From the sequence record ON287376.1: a DNA stretch of 64,000 bases. The stretch is one strand, 5' to 3'. A model generated the notes under the pieces. The model worked only from the letters and a program-made list of their open reading frames with translations. It was not told the origin of the DNA and made no database searches. Of the stretch, positions 18,144-28,558 are shown one piece after another. How positions within the stretch are numbered: the stretch's first letter is position 1; every line of letters begins with the position of its first letter. The position numbers were made by a program, and so were the translations under genes.

Positions 18144-19130
18144 ATGTTAAAATCCCCTGAAGCATACGCAAGCAAAGCCGCTTACGAGAGTCAACTGTTC
18201 CTGCATAAAGCGAACGTCGACGATTTTGCACTGTGGCCGAATGCGGGCCTTGTCCTAAGGATAATGTCCCATAATGAAGAAACGACCCATACTGACGCCA
18301 AACCAAGGATTATTATCCAACGGTTGAATAACACGATTCCCATCTTCCAGAAAGAAGCAGAGTTGTTGTTGTCGTTTGCTAAAATGTTGATTAATGGCCC
18401 TTCGTTGCCTGAGATTAGAGTGGGTCGTTTCTCATACATCAAAAGTGAGAACAGAGAAGCAATTTTCATAGAGTCTACTTCTTCATTCTCGCGCATTATG
18501 TTCTTGGCACATTTGAATAGTTCGCCGATTGAAAACGGCTTTAAACTGTTACTCGGGCGTCTGATAGAAATATTAGAGCAGTTCCTGCGTATCTGTAATA
18601 ATGAGCCAGTCACAATCGACAAACATTTTACTTTCGGCGATAGTACGCTTGTTGGTCTAGGTAGAAATTCAGAAGGGAATCACGTCATTCCACATCTGTG
18701 TCTGGCTAACAGATGTGGAATTAAAAGTATTATTTTCTCTATCCCCGATAAAAGTTCAGTCAATATCTCAGAAGTACTTTTCGATGGCGAGGATATACTA
18801 CCGCTGGATATGGTTGTAAATGTCTACATAAACGCAATCAAGGAAATTGCCACCCGGCATAAGTTACGTTCTTCTATCCCTACTCCGTTTAGAGAATCAG
18901 TGCAGTTATTTGATGGCAAAAGAAGTACTCACATGGAATTCGTTTCCATCCTTTCTTTCGGCCACTCCGAAGATGACCACTTAAACGGCCTGACGCCGGC
19001 GTCAGTTATTTCCATAAACTCGGAAACCTTCGTCCATCAGTCTAAAGCAGTTTTCAAATATGATGAAGTCTTTGTAAACTCGCTGCTGAAAGAACTCTCG
19101 TATTTAGGCGAGTTATCGAAAACAATGTAA
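18144..19130 (+). CDS. Hypothetical protein, putative early gene
   Basis: 328-aa ORF, AAGGA RBS, AT-richer than flanking core genes; no motif recognised. Confidence 0.7.
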   Translation: MLKSPEAYASKAAYESQLFLHKANVDDFALWPNAGLVLRIMSHNEETTHTDAKPRIIIQRLNNTIPIFQKEAELLLSFAKMLINGPSLPEIRVGRFSYIKSENREAIFIESTSSFSRIMFLAHLNSSPIENGFKLLLGRLIEILEQFLRICNNEPVTIDKHFTFGDSTLVGLGRNSEGNHVIPHLCLANRCGIKSIIFSIPDKSSVNISEVLFDGEDILPLDMVVNVYINAIKEIATRHKLRSSIPTPFRESVQLFDGKRSTHMEFVSILSFGHSEDDHLNGLTPASVISINSETFVHQSKAVFKYDEVFVNSLLKELSYLGELSKTM

Positions 19131-19137
19131 TCTGAAG

Positions 19138-19169
19138 AAAGAGGGATGATTAAGTTCATCCCTCTTTTT
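19138..19169 (+). terminator. Intrinsic terminator
   Basis: AAGAGGGATGA-TTAAGT-TCATCCCTCTT-TTT. Confidence 0.75.
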
Positions 19170-19216
19170 ATCTTAGATTAACAAAATTTTACTTTTTAAT
19201 TATTGGAGAATCAAAT

Positions 19217-19846
19217 ATGCGTTCGATCAAACACCTGGCCCCCTTGTTAAAAACTTACGGTAAAGTTGATCGTGGTGGTATCCTGAGCATTCAGCACCAG
19301 ACCTTCTACGTTCGTCCTGCGCCACTGAACAGCGAAATCGACATCAGTGAAAACATGTCGGACTACACCACTGCCCAGATGGACAGCTGGCGTTCTCTGG
19401 ATTCTTTCCAGGACATGATCGATATCATCGCCAATACCTACGGTGCCAACGTCGCTTCTAAAGTCCCGGCTGTTGGGATTCCAACTCTGCCTGAAGCGTA
19501 CGCTAAATTCCTGGAAGAGAGCAAACTCTCCATGCCTCCGGTGGCGGTATTCTCCATGGAGATCCGTGATGCACAACCGTTCTCCCAAAACCTGTTCCAC
19601 TTCATCGAAGGCATTCCGCCGGAAGTCTCCGAGAAACTGCTGAACGATGTTCGCGCCAAACTGGCCGAAGTTGACCTGCCGGGTGAAATGGTTAACCTGA
19701 ACTTCATGGTTCAGGAAAGCTGCACGGTTATGGAACTGTACCGGATGATGACTTTCATCACCGTCCTGCTGAAAGAGTCGGCAAAAGAAACTCACTTCCT
19801 GCCAGGTCGTGCGGTGGGTACTTTCGCTTACATCTCTGCGGAGTAA
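19217..19846 (+). CDS. Hypothetical protein
   Basis: 209 aa, GGAG RBS, strongly biased codons (CTG, TTC, AAC). Confidence 0.75.
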   Translation: MRSIKHLAPLLKTYGKVDRGGILSIQHQTFYVRPAPLNSEIDISENMSDYTTAQMDSWRSLDSFQDMIDIIANTYGANVASKVPAVGIPTLPEAYAKFLEESKLSMPPVAVFSMEIRDAQPFSQNLFHFIEGIPPEVSEKLLNDVRAKLAEVDLPGEMVNLNFMVQESCTVMELYRMMTFITVLLKESAKETHFLPGRAVGTFAYISAE

Positions 19847-19852
19847 TTCCAG

Positions 19853-20548
19853 ATGGAAACTAAAGAGTTAACTTTAGTAGAAAAGATGCAGCGCCGCCGT
19901 GATCTGAAAAATCAGTTGCGTGAGCTACTGGAAAATCGTAACCCTGCCGATGTTTACACGGTAGTAAAGCGTCAATTCGTGCTCGATGAAAATGGGGAAA
20001 CCAAGTTAGTCGAACGTGAGGTGCAGACTACCAAGGCAGAGGAAGATCTCCGTCTTGAGATTGATAACCTTAAGGCCGAGATTAACCATTACTCCGGCGA
20101 CCACTGGATGAACCGCCAGCGCGTCAATGAACTGATTGCTAAGGCGAAAGTTCAGTACGATGAAGTTATCTCGAAGGGGATAACTGATGGTCTGATCGAA
20201 GTTAAAAGTTATGGTCTGATGTTCCTTTCAAATGGCGACGTTGCTTTCGGATCTACTCCTCGGTGGTCTACTGTGGAAATCGAAGAGCAGTTGAAAGAAG
20301 CCGCAGGTCTGTACCACAGGGAAGCGGCCGGCCTGTACTCCAATTCCGGCGCAATGCACAGCGGCCAGAATAAAGGATTTAGTACTCTGACCAAAGACCT
20401 CCGAGTCATCGGCGCAGCCACAGGGAAAGATAAATCTCGCATCTTCCCTATCCACGACGAAGCACCGTTTATCCCAGGTAATCCAAAACCCCAGGGTAAA
20501 AACGATCTGCTTTCCAAATTAATCCGCCGTCGGGTTAACAACAAGTAA
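19853..20548 (+). CDS. Hypothetical protein with N-terminal coiled coil
   Basis: 231 aa, GGAG RBS. Confidence 0.7.
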   Translation: METKELTLVEKMQRRRDLKNQLRELLENRNPADVYTVVKRQFVLDENGETKLVEREVQTTKAEEDLRLEIDNLKAEINHYSGDHWMNRQRVNELIAKAKVQYDEVISKGITDGLIEVKSYGLMFLSNGDVAFGSTPRWSTVEIEEQLKEAAGLYHREAAGLYSNSGAMHSGQNKGFSTLTKDLRVIGAATGKDKSRIFPIHDEAPFIPGNPKPQGKNDLLSKLIRRRVNNK

Positions 20549-20623
20549 CTTGTAGTAAATAACGTCATTATCCGTAGTATGTACAAACTGTAAATCACTC
20601 AATCTCAAATAGGAAATATCAAC

Positions 20624-20866
20624 ATGCAAATCGAACTGAACGAAGTACTGGCATCCAAAGTTGAAACTCTGGCAACTGCAACTGGCAAAGACGCACACGG
20701 CGTCGTAGAAGCTGCGATCGAAACTTTCGCCTGGACCACCACCGCAGAAGCCGCCGGCAAAACTGTTCTGGCTGCCAGTAAATCTGACGAAGGCACCTGG
20801 GTGGAAGAAGCGTTCCTGTCTGACGCTGACTTCCGTAAAGCTCCGGAAGCTGACGTAGCAGAATAA
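20624..20866 (+). CDS. Small protein with ribbon-helix-helix-like N-terminus
   Basis: MQIELNEVLASKVETLATATGKDAHGVVEAAIETF follows the CopG/RHH strand-helix-G-helix pattern; AGGA RBS. Confidence 0.5.
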   Translation: MQIELNEVLASKVETLATATGKDAHGVVEAAIETFAWTTTAEAAGKTVLAASKSDEGTWVEEAFLSDADFRKAPEADVAE

Positions 20867-20894
20867 ACCAAACAAATCGGCGCGATGCGCTACG

Positions 20895-20949
20895 CTAGGA
20901 TACCCTTCGGGGTATCCTAGTACCTACTTCTTTTATCTTTTCTTTTTTT
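20895..20949 (+). terminator. Intrinsic terminator with UUCG loop
   Basis: CTAGGATACCC-TTCG-GGGTATCCTAG then T-rich tract. Confidence 0.8.
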
Positions 20950-20965
20950 GTTAGAGGATAGCAAC

Positions 20966-21619
20966 ATGACCGTTATCACCAAAGAAGAACTCCTGTCCGA
21001 GATGAAGACTCGCTTCTGTGAAGCTCTCGATTCTCTCTACGGTTTCCAACTCGTCATCGACGAAGAATACAACATCCTGGAGATGGCTACTCTCCAGCCA
21101 TTAGTTAGCCCAACTACCCATAAAATCCTGGCGTTGATCAGCACCCAGATGATGGAAGAAGGTAAGTACGAAAACTTACCTAAAGACCCTGCTGATCTTT
21201 ACAAACAACTGGACGCTAAGTTAGGCGAAGGCTGGCGTTCTATCCCAGTAACTAACTTCAAGTCTGATCCGAACGACGTATTCGACTGGGGTCAGATTGC
21301 CTCGATCTACATGGTAGGGAGTAACATCTCCTATCAGATCAACAGCTTCTTTGCTATCATGGCCGCTCTGGCACTTAACTACGAAATCATCGTTACCTTC
21401 AACGACGAAGGTCAGCCGAGCATCCAATTCCCGGATACTTTCTCTGAGATCAAATCGGTAGTTGATGAGATTGTTGCCATGTACGCCGATAAGCTGGCGG
21501 AACGTCGTATCGAACTGGAAGCTGAGAACGAAGCTGTATTGAACAGAGTCCGCAGCGCCGTGACCATCGACCAAGATGCCGCCAACGCACCTGAGCTTGA
21601 TCCAGCCAAACCAGAATAA
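20966..21619 (+). CDS. Hypothetical acidic protein
   Basis: Start set at ATG 20966 behind GAGGA; biased codons. Confidence 0.7.
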   Translation: MTVITKEELLSEMKTRFCEALDSLYGFQLVIDEEYNILEMATLQPLVSPTTHKILALISTQMMEEGKYENLPKDPADLYKQLDAKLGEGWRSIPVTNFKSDPNDVFDWGQIASIYMVGSNISYQINSFFAIMAALALNYEIIVTFNDEGQPSIQFPDTFSEIKSVVDEIVAMYADKLAERRIELEAENEAVLNRVRSAVTIDQDAANAPELDPAKPE

Positions 21620-21627
21620 CAAACATA

Positions 21628-21653
21628 GCCGGAGGACCGTAAGGTCCTCCGGT
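21628..21653. terminator. Hairpin between convergent genes
   Basis: CCGGAGGACC-GTAA-GGTCCTCCGG. Confidence 0.75.
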
Positions 21654-21659
21654 TTATGA

Positions 21660-22268
21660 TCACTTCTTAGTCAACAGCTTTTGTAACTCTGCTACAGTTT
21701 GTCTCAGGGATGCATTGGCTTGTTGCTCTTGGAGTAACTGAGCGTAAGTCGATGTTCTGTTTTTGATAGCAGCTTGACGAGCCGCTTCCAGAGCATCAGC
21801 ATCTTCTGGAGTAATAGCAGTAGTCGCAGGGATTTGATCCAGGTTCATCGTAGGCGTTACACCAAACGTATCGCTGATAACATTACCTACTTGTTCCAGT
21901 AAGAAATCAAACGAGACGTTCAGAGGAATCGGACCCAACTGAGCCGAGATAATCGCAATCCCATAGTTGGACATTGCAATCCCAGGATACTTCTCAATGT
22001 AGGTATCAGGAACCTGAATAACTGCACCGGCGTCACTCGAGAGTACGCACATTGTAGCATCGGCAGCTAAGTCTTCTTGGTACTTCTCCTGACTCAATCC
22101 CTTAGGTTGATAATGGACTTTGAAGATATCCACACCATCGAGAGAGATCATTTCTCGGAACTTGCGAAGAGCGATACAAGTGTAGAGAAGAGTAGGGTCA
22201 GCAGCCCAAGGGGACTTCAGACTCCAGATACCACGCATCGGTATCGAAGGCGTATTTTTCACTACCAT
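21660..22268 (-). CDS. Conserved phiKZ-like virion-associated protein
   Basis: 202 aa; 'GIWSLKSPW..LYTCIALRKF..YVPDTYI' pattern; synteny next to RNase H. Confidence 0.5.
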   Translation of the reverse strand: MVVKNTPSIPMRGIWSLKSPWAADPTLLYTCIALRKFREMISLDGVDIFKVHYQPKGLSQEKYQEDLAADATMCVLSSDAGAVIQVPDTYIEKYPGIAMSNYGIAIISAQLGPIPLNVSFDFLLEQVGNVISDTFGVTPTMNLDQIPATTAITPEDADALEAARQAAIKNRTSTYAQLLQEQQANASLRQTVAELQKLLTKK

Positions 22269-22271
22269 TTA

Positions 22272-23573
22272 TTAGTCCTTAGAGAACCCGTTTTTAATTG
22301 GTGCCAAATACTGCACTGCGCCCACTGTTGTTGTGAGATAGTAGATGCCACCACGAACAGTACGGGTCATCCCAGTTGGAATGACACTGGTTGCTGTCGC
22401 TTTCTCTGCTGCTTTAAACAACGCGACCATGGCAATGATGAATTCGCGAGTAGCAGGAGGGATCTTACTGAACTCAGGGCTATCGGTAGAGATAGCGGCG
22501 TACTGAGGCCAGAGTGCGTCGAAGTTACTACCCACTGCGTAGTTGCGAATATGGCCGCAAGAGAGGAACGCGATGTTCTGGTAAGTTGAACCAGAGATAC
22601 ACGAGTTCTCCGCCACGTGTGCAGGATCGTAGCCAACGAAGTACTTAGCCGAATAAACCGGAATGTCCTTGACTGGTACAGTCGGGGAATACAACCCAGT
22701 TGATTCGATCTGGTTAGGTAAGGAATACCGATCCCAGATAGGTACCAAGTAAAACTCAGTTGGAGTGAACAGGTCAGGTAGAACCTTTTCCCACTCGTCA
22801 CGCCCGTATTTCGAGTTACTTAAAATGTACTCACGCAGCGCATCTTTAATGTGGTCTAAGTTAGACCCGGCAAAGCCACGAATGATTGCAGTAAACGGGG
22901 CCAGGTAACGCACTTCATCGTTGGTGCGATCTACCCAGGTAAAGTTACCCGTCCAAATTTCTGTTTGGGGTTGATCCCCTATTTTAGCCTGGATACGATC
23001 CGAGTGACTTTTAACCGTAATCGCCTTCAGAATATCGAGTACGTCATTCCCGCTACCCATTAAAAGGTCGATATCATCGACTGGTGGGACGACGTCAATT
23101 TCGAAGTTCGGATATTCCGTACGGAAGTTGGCGTCAGCGTACCAAATATAGACCTCATTCTCTTCACCTGCGGTGGAGATGCGATATTGGATACTGCTTG
23201 GGAAATTATAGTTGCGGTGAGTAACAATTTCACCTACACTACGGAATTCCGCAATGGTGGCGAATTGAGTATTCAACGCCTGAAGCAGACCGGTTGTATC
23301 TTTACCAATGAGGCCCTGAATACTACGGGTATAAAGCCATTGGGATATTTGTAGGGTGATGCTGTAATACGCCAAGTTAAGGTCTACTTTCTGACCGTCC
23401 CGGCGTACATCGAAGGTCATCAGACTGACGTCAGGATAATCCTGAATTCGGTACAGACCTTTCTCGCTACTATACGTAGCGGAGTGAGCTGTAATCTCAC
23501 CGACGGTGGACGTTTGTCCTGGGACGTTGTCGATGAAGTTAGCAATATTGACGAAGCCGTACAGTGTCAACAT
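22272..23573 (-). CDS. Virion structural protein (phiKZ gp157-like by synteny)
   Basis: 433 aa; 'MLTLYGF..NVPGQTSTVGEIT..LFTPTEFYLVPIW'; GGAG RBS. Confidence 0.55.
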   Translation of the reverse strand: MLTLYGFVNIANFIDNVPGQTSTVGEITAHSATYSSEKGLYRIQDYPDVSLMTFDVRRDGQKVDLNLAYYSITLQISQWLYTRSIQGLIGKDTTGLLQALNTQFATIAEFRSVGEIVTHRNYNFPSSIQYRISTAGEENEVYIWYADANFRTEYPNFEIDVVPPVDDIDLLMGSGNDVLDILKAITVKSHSDRIQAKIGDQPQTEIWTGNFTWVDRTNDEVRYLAPFTAIIRGFAGSNLDHIKDALREYILSNSKYGRDEWEKVLPDLFTPTEFYLVPIWDRYSLPNQIESTGLYSPTVPVKDIPVYSAKYFVGYDPAHVAENSCISGSTYQNIAFLSCGHIRNYAVGSNFDALWPQYAAISTDSPEFSKIPPATREFIIAMVALFKAAEKATATSVIPTGMTRTVRGGIYYLTTTVGAVQYLAPIKNGFSKD

Positions 23574-23630
23574 ATCCAGTTTTCTCCAAAAATAAAATTA
23601 TGATAATTTGCAACGCAGGAGGCTTCCGCC

Positions 23631-24062
23631 GTGAACCTTTTGATTTTGAGAATCATCCCGTACCTGTACTACTTCATTAGGGAGCAGTATAGAGCGGACG
23701 TGGAAGGGAGACCCCCAACCAAGAAGCAAAGGACGAAGTACCGTACGATCATCTCCGTACTGACCATTTTCATCATCGTAGCTGGCGTATACCTTGGGTA
23801 TAACAAGTTCGTTGATCGCAACATGGTTTGTGTAGATGAAAGGAAAGTCGAAACCTTACCATCTTCGATTGGTGTTGTTTCTCGCGAAACGTACGAAAAA
23901 GATGTGCGATTACTTATTCGGGAAAGTGTTGAGAAGGATTTCTTGAACGACAACCTTCGGGCCGAAGTCAAGAAGCTCTGCGACAAACATCCAACCGATT
24001 GTAACGAAAATACCCATCACATGATTGACCAGAGTAACAAAGTAAACCCGAACGGAAAGTAG
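23631..24062 (+). CDS. Single-pass membrane protein
   Basis: TM segment IISVLTIFIIVAGVYLGY after a basic stretch; GGAGG RBS; GTG start. Confidence 0.6.
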   Translation: MNLLILRIIPYLYYFIREQYRADVEGRPPTKKQRTKYRTIISVLTIFIIVAGVYLGYNKFVDRNMVCVDERKVETLPSSIGVVSRETYEKDVRLLIRESVEKDFLNDNLRAEVKKLCDKHPTDCNENTHHMIDQSNKVNPNGK

Positions 24063-24118
24063 TAGTTAAAAAATACGATGGTTCCGGTTAGTTTGTAAAT
24101 AATATCAGGAGCTATCGA

Positions 24119-25699
24119 ATGACTATCGACGACATCCAAGAGGGCCTTTGGGCACCGGGTGAATTTAACGCGGTGTTATACACCGATGGTGGCTCTAACC
24201 AGGATACTTTGTTATCGGGTTGGTCTATCCATGGTTACGTTTATCCGCTGGTAGAAGAGAAGAAGAACGAATTCACAAAGGCCAAAGGTGTCCCGAGTAA
24301 CTACGGGTATGTCGATGGCCGTACAACAACTCCTTCTCGTAATTTGGGTACTGATCGCACTTACAAAGGTTCGAAAGGTACCCCTTTATTTCCGTACCCG
24401 GTAAACCCGGACGCGGCACCAGTAGTACCAATGCATTACCTTGATTTCTACGGTGGGCAACATGCCACCACGAATAACTACGCAGAAATGACCGGGTTAA
24501 TGGTCGCTCTGCAATTCATCGAAAAGTTCCAACCTAAGCAAGCCTTCATCTTACCTGACTCAGAGTACGCTCTGAAAGGTCTGTTGGTCTGGCGCCAGGG
24601 TTGGGAACGTAATGGTGGTAAGAACTCTAAAGGGATTATTACTCCTAACTGGGAATATTGGAAGCAGATCTACGAATTGTACGATCGTGTAGTAGCTGCC
24701 AATCATACCGAGTTGTTCTTCACTCACGTATACGGCCACAGTGGCGATGCGGGTAACGAGAAAGCCGACTACAACGCTAACTGTGCGATGATCCTGCAGC
24801 GTGATGTTCCGGGCACTGCGAAGTTCCTGGTAAGTGATGCAAAAGGGTATATTCAGAAAACGAAAATAAGTAATCGTCTCTTAGAGCAACGTTGGTGGTA
24901 TGCGACCAACGATCGTGCTTCCAACAAATATGACTTCGACGAACGTCATTTTTACTTCTTCGGCAATCACGGGAAAGCTGAGGATGAGGAAGACCTGATC
25001 GGTAAATCGACCGCTACTGCTAAGGTATCGATTCTGCTAATGAAAGAGCCAGAGCCGGTACTGGAGTTATTAGGGGAGTTTCTGAAGAATCAGTTCTACG
25101 ATGGCAGCAACGTGATGACATTGGGGTACTTGGAAAATATCCTTCAACCTGAACGTTACGCTAACTTGTTAACTCACGGGCAAGCTGTGCTGTGGGATGA
25201 TAAGTCTCGCGATTTGCTGTCGACTCCGGATAAAGTACCCGTCCTTAAAGAGTTACGTCCAACGTATCTCGGATATACGCTGCTCGACAAGTTCGATGGT
25301 CTGGTAGGCGTACTGGAGAAATATCTGAAAGGTAACTCATCTGTGGTCGTCACCGACATTACGGATAAGTGCCTGGTTACAACGCAGGAAGGTAACAAGA
25401 AGCCGGTAACTAAACCTACCGATGCTATCAACCCTCCGCATAAAGCGTTTACGGTCGAGTTGAATTATCTCATGGGAGGTAAGGAAGGCAAGACTAAGGT
25501 TAAGCTCAAGTTGGGTCAAGATATCCCACTGCGTAACACCTTAAACGCAATTGGTACTTCGGAGACGAAAGTCTACGCAATTACCTGGCCAGTAGCACCG
25601 ACCGCATTCCGTTATGGTACGATCGTAGAAGAGAACGGAGAGCTGTTATTCAGTTGCTCTTTAAGTTCCAATCTCTACGAGCTTACAGGCAAACTATGA
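24119..25699 (+). CDS. rnhA: Ribonuclease H with long C-terminal extension (phiKZ gp155-like)
   Basis: LYTDGG, TNNYAEMTGL, PDSEY and HVYGHSGDAGNEKAD RNase HI catalytic motifs. Confidence 0.9.
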   Translation: MTIDDIQEGLWAPGEFNAVLYTDGGSNQDTLLSGWSIHGYVYPLVEEKKNEFTKAKGVPSNYGYVDGRTTTPSRNLGTDRTYKGSKGTPLFPYPVNPDAAPVVPMHYLDFYGGQHATTNNYAEMTGLMVALQFIEKFQPKQAFILPDSEYALKGLLVWRQGWERNGGKNSKGIITPNWEYWKQIYELYDRVVAANHTELFFTHVYGHSGDAGNEKADYNANCAMILQRDVPGTAKFLVSDAKGYIQKTKISNRLLEQRWWYATNDRASNKYDFDERHFYFFGNHGKAEDEEDLIGKSTATAKVSILLMKEPEPVLELLGEFLKNQFYDGSNVMTLGYLENILQPERYANLLTHGQAVLWDDKSRDLLSTPDKVPVLKELRPTYLGYTLLDKFDGLVGVLEKYLKGNSSVVVTDITDKCLVTTQEGNKKPVTKPTDAINPPHKAFTVELNYLMGGKEGKTKVKLKLGQDIPLRNTLNAIGTSETKVYAITWPVAPTAFRYGTIVEENGELLFSCSLSSNLYELTGKL

Positions 25700-26076
25700 T
25701 CAAACTGTTGTTTTGTTTAATAGGTCGAAAGTATCTGAATGATAAGGGCCGGCGTATGCTGGTCCTCGGATCACTCTACGCAATTCTTCGTAAGAAGAAA
25801 AGTGTAACGACCTCCATGGAAGAACTGAACGAGAAAATGAATATCGCGATCGATTGCCGCGGTCTTCAGTTAGCTGCGATCCTTCCCGAAATCCTTTGGG
25901 ACAAAAGAAAACGCGAACGTTTGGAATCACTTCCTCCTGAAAGGCTGGTACGCTATTATTCACAGCTGCTGCCTACGTGGTTGAAATACGATCACCAAGG
26001 GAACAACTTTAATTTCGAGAATGATCTTCAACGGGTCACTGATCTCGCCTCAGCGAATCGTCATTTTGTTAGTTGA
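25696..26076 (+). CDS. Hypothetical protein
   Basis: ATGA overlap with the RNase H stop codon. Confidence 0.6.
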   Translation: MIKLLFCLIGRKYLNDKGRRMLVLGSLYAILRKKKSVTTSMEELNEKMNIAIDCRGLQLAAILPEILWDKRKRERLESLPPERLVRYYSQLLPTWLKYDHQGNNFNFENDLQRVTDLASANRHFVS

Positions 26077-26098
26077 TATCGAAAATAGAAAAAGGTAA

Positions 26099-26124
26099 CC
26101 CAGAGAGCCGTAAAGCTCTCTGGG
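26099..26124. terminator. Hairpin between convergent genes
   Basis: CCCAGAGAGC-CGTAAA-GCTCTCTGGG. Confidence 0.7.
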
Positions 26125-26143
26125 CCCTTATTTGTTTTATTAC

Positions 26144-27013
26144 TTAGCGAGGCAGAACAGACAACAGTTTTTTAGCTGTGTCATCCATTGCTTGCTTGTG
26201 GCTGGCGAAGCGAGTATAAACCGCCGCGTACAGCTCAACCATCTCTGCAACGTCGTAAGTAACTTCAGACAGTTCTTTGATGGATTTAGGATTGAAACGA
26301 TACGGCAAGTTACTGTCTTTGATTTGGACAGCCAGGGTATCGAGCATCTTACCGATGTTATCGACAGATGCGTTCACCAGATCCATGTTAGAGCTGCTCA
26401 GACCTTCACCCATGGCTTTGGTCAGGTTCATGGCTTCAATCGTGTCAGCGTTACGCTGAGCGCAATCACCGTACTTACGAATAACCGTACGCTGGTTACC
26501 GGAAACAGGTTCAGCGATAGCTTTCAACATACCTTGAACGTCTGCTTGCTTGATCGTAATGATCTTACCAACCGCGCTCATTTGCTCAGGGCTAGTAATC
26601 GCAGTAGCCAGGAACTTCTCGAACGGCTTCAGGTAGTTGTCGTACATGTTGATAGAGAACTCTACCGGATGACGATACGCATCCAGGTATTCCAGCCAGG
26701 TAACATCCAGGCCAGGGGTAACCGGTACACGTTGGTCGATGATATCGATATACGGTACGTTTGCCAAACGCTGCTGCAGTTTAGCAATGTTAGGATCACG
26801 AGTCGCCAGCACATCGGTCGCTTCCGGCTCGATATCCATGGAGAAGCTGCTCGAAACCTTTTTAAGGAAGTCACTGAACTTATTGATCAGTGGCATCAGA
26901 GGACGATGCAGAGCTAGTGCTTCATTAGACGGAGCTGTCATAGGGACAACCTTGACCAACTCGACCAAAGCGGTCTGCTCAGCTTTAATAAGAGAAAGGG
27001 AATGCTTTTTCAT
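26144..27013 (-). CDS. Probable head protein (phiKZ gp153-like by synteny)
   Basis: 289 aa helical protein next to UvsX; N-terminal SNE-AL resembles a prohead-protease site. Confidence 0.5.
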   Translation of the reverse strand: MKKHSLSLIKAEQTALVELVKVVPMTAPSNEALALHRPLMPLINKFSDFLKKVSSSFSMDIEPEATDVLATRDPNIAKLQQRLANVPYIDIIDQRVPVTPGLDVTWLEYLDAYRHPVEFSINMYDNYLKPFEKFLATAITSPEQMSAVGKIITIKQADVQGMLKAIAEPVSGNQRTVIRKYGDCAQRNADTIEAMNLTKAMGEGLSSSNMDLVNASVDNIGKMLDTLAVQIKDSNLPYRFNPKSIKELSEVTYDVAEMVELYAAVYTRFASHKQAMDDTAKKLLSVLPR

Positions 27014-27118
27014 GGAATAAACCTTTAGATCCGAAATGAAGGGACTTCAACATAAAAATAAATGTATCCCTCCATTAGAATGAACACAAGTTTCTTTATC
27101 GAACAGGATTAATAACGA

Positions 27119-28543
27119 ATGAGTAATTTCAGCTTGAGTATCGGCGGCGTAGTCGGGAAGGACAAAGCTGCAGACGCTACAACACCTAAGTTAAACGTAG
27201 GGTGTCTGTTCGACCACTTCTCTGGTCGTTATACACCAGGTAAACACGGAGAGATGATCCTCAACGGCGGCTTCTCTTATATCAATGCTGTAGTAGGCGA
27301 GAACAACCAGTTCAAATCTACCCTGTCCGATTACTTCATGTTGAAGGCGCAGGAGAACTACTACGCGGCCACCAACAGTTTCTACTACGAGACTGAAGGC
27401 TCTAAAGACGTATCCGGTCTGATGTACCGTGCAGCACGCTGTCCACAGATCCAGGCCGAAGGTATGGAAGAGAACGATAAGTTCTTCTTCTCTAACATGC
27501 TGAAAATGTCCGGTAACGCCTACTGGGACATTCGTAAGGAATACGGCGACGCTAAGACCGACAAGAAAAACAAAGTCAGTCAGTTGACCACTCCTTTCGT
27601 TAACGTGGACGGTTCATCTATTACGATGTTCCCGCCAACGCTGGAAGAGATCGATAGCTGGTCGATGATGTCTTTTGACGCAATCGAACAGAAGTTCGGT
27701 GACGTTGAAATCGGCCACAAAGACAACAACATGATGTTCATGAACGACGGTCGATACAAGACTCAGATCATGATGCAAATGCCAAGTTTGAACGGCCGCC
27801 ACTCTATGTTTACTTTCATGACCGCACACATCGGTTCTAAAGTGAACATGGATCCCAACTCTCCGCCGTCTAAGATCATGGCTGACCTGGCAGCAGGTAA
27901 AGGTCTGAAGAACGCCACAGAGAAGTTCACGTTCGTACCAAATAACATGTGGATGGTGCACAAACGTACTCCTCTGACTGACTCTAACCGCATTCCAATC
28001 TATGGTCGCGGTGAAGCTGGGTCTAAGGACGATAAAGACCTGGTGAAAGTATCGTGCATGAACCTGCGCGGTAAGTTCGGTCAATCGGGCGCGCCTTTCG
28101 AGCTGATCTTCTCTCAGACAGAAGGTCTGCAAGAGCACCTCACGCTGCTGCACTATCTGCGCGATACTAACAAATACTGGGGCATGGATTCTAACAACAC
28201 CAACATGTCGTTGTTGATCTACCCGGAAGTGAAATTCACCCGTAATGCCGTACGCGATAAAATCGATGAAGACTACAAACTTCGTCGTGCTCTGGAGCTG
28301 ACCGCTGGTATGTGCCAGATCAGTAACTTCATGTGGTATCTCGGCCCGCACGTTACTGTGCCGCCTACTGATATCATTGCGAAGGTGAAGGAGCAGGGAT
28401 ACGACATCAACGAACTGCTGGAAACTACTCGCGGTTATTGGCAGTTTGAAGAGATCAAGGAAGAGAAGCATTACCTGTCCGCACTTGACCTGATCAATAT
28501 CGCTGCCGGTACTTACAAGCCGTATTGGATGAAGAAAAAATAA
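27119..28543 (+). CDS. uvsX: UvsX/RecA-like recombinase (phiKZ gp152-like)
   Basis: VVGENNQFKST Walker A variant, YYETEGS, EEIDSWS Walker B, MTAHIG, NLRGKFGQSG. Confidence 0.8.
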   Translation: MSNFSLSIGGVVGKDKAADATTPKLNVGCLFDHFSGRYTPGKHGEMILNGGFSYINAVVGENNQFKSTLSDYFMLKAQENYYAATNSFYYETEGSKDVSGLMYRAARCPQIQAEGMEENDKFFFSNMLKMSGNAYWDIRKEYGDAKTDKKNKVSQLTTPFVNVDGSSITMFPPTLEEIDSWSMMSFDAIEQKFGDVEIGHKDNNMMFMNDGRYKTQIMMQMPSLNGRHSMFTFMTAHIGSKVNMDPNSPPSKIMADLAAGKGLKNATEKFTFVPNNMWMVHKRTPLTDSNRIPIYGRGEAGSKDDKDLVKVSCMNLRGKFGQSGAPFELIFSQTEGLQEHLTLLHYLRDTNKYWGMDSNNTNMSLLIYPEVKFTRNAVRDKIDEDYKLRRALELTAGMCQISNFMWYLGPHVTVPPTDIIAKVKEQGYDINELLETTRGYWQFEEIKEEKHYLSALDLINIAAGTYKPYWMKKK

Positions 28544-28558
28544 AGGAGAGCTAGTAAC

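Noticed and set aside
26132-26917. 261-aa plus-strand ORF
   Set aside because: Antisense to the 26144-27013 gene, which has a better start context and protein-like composition.
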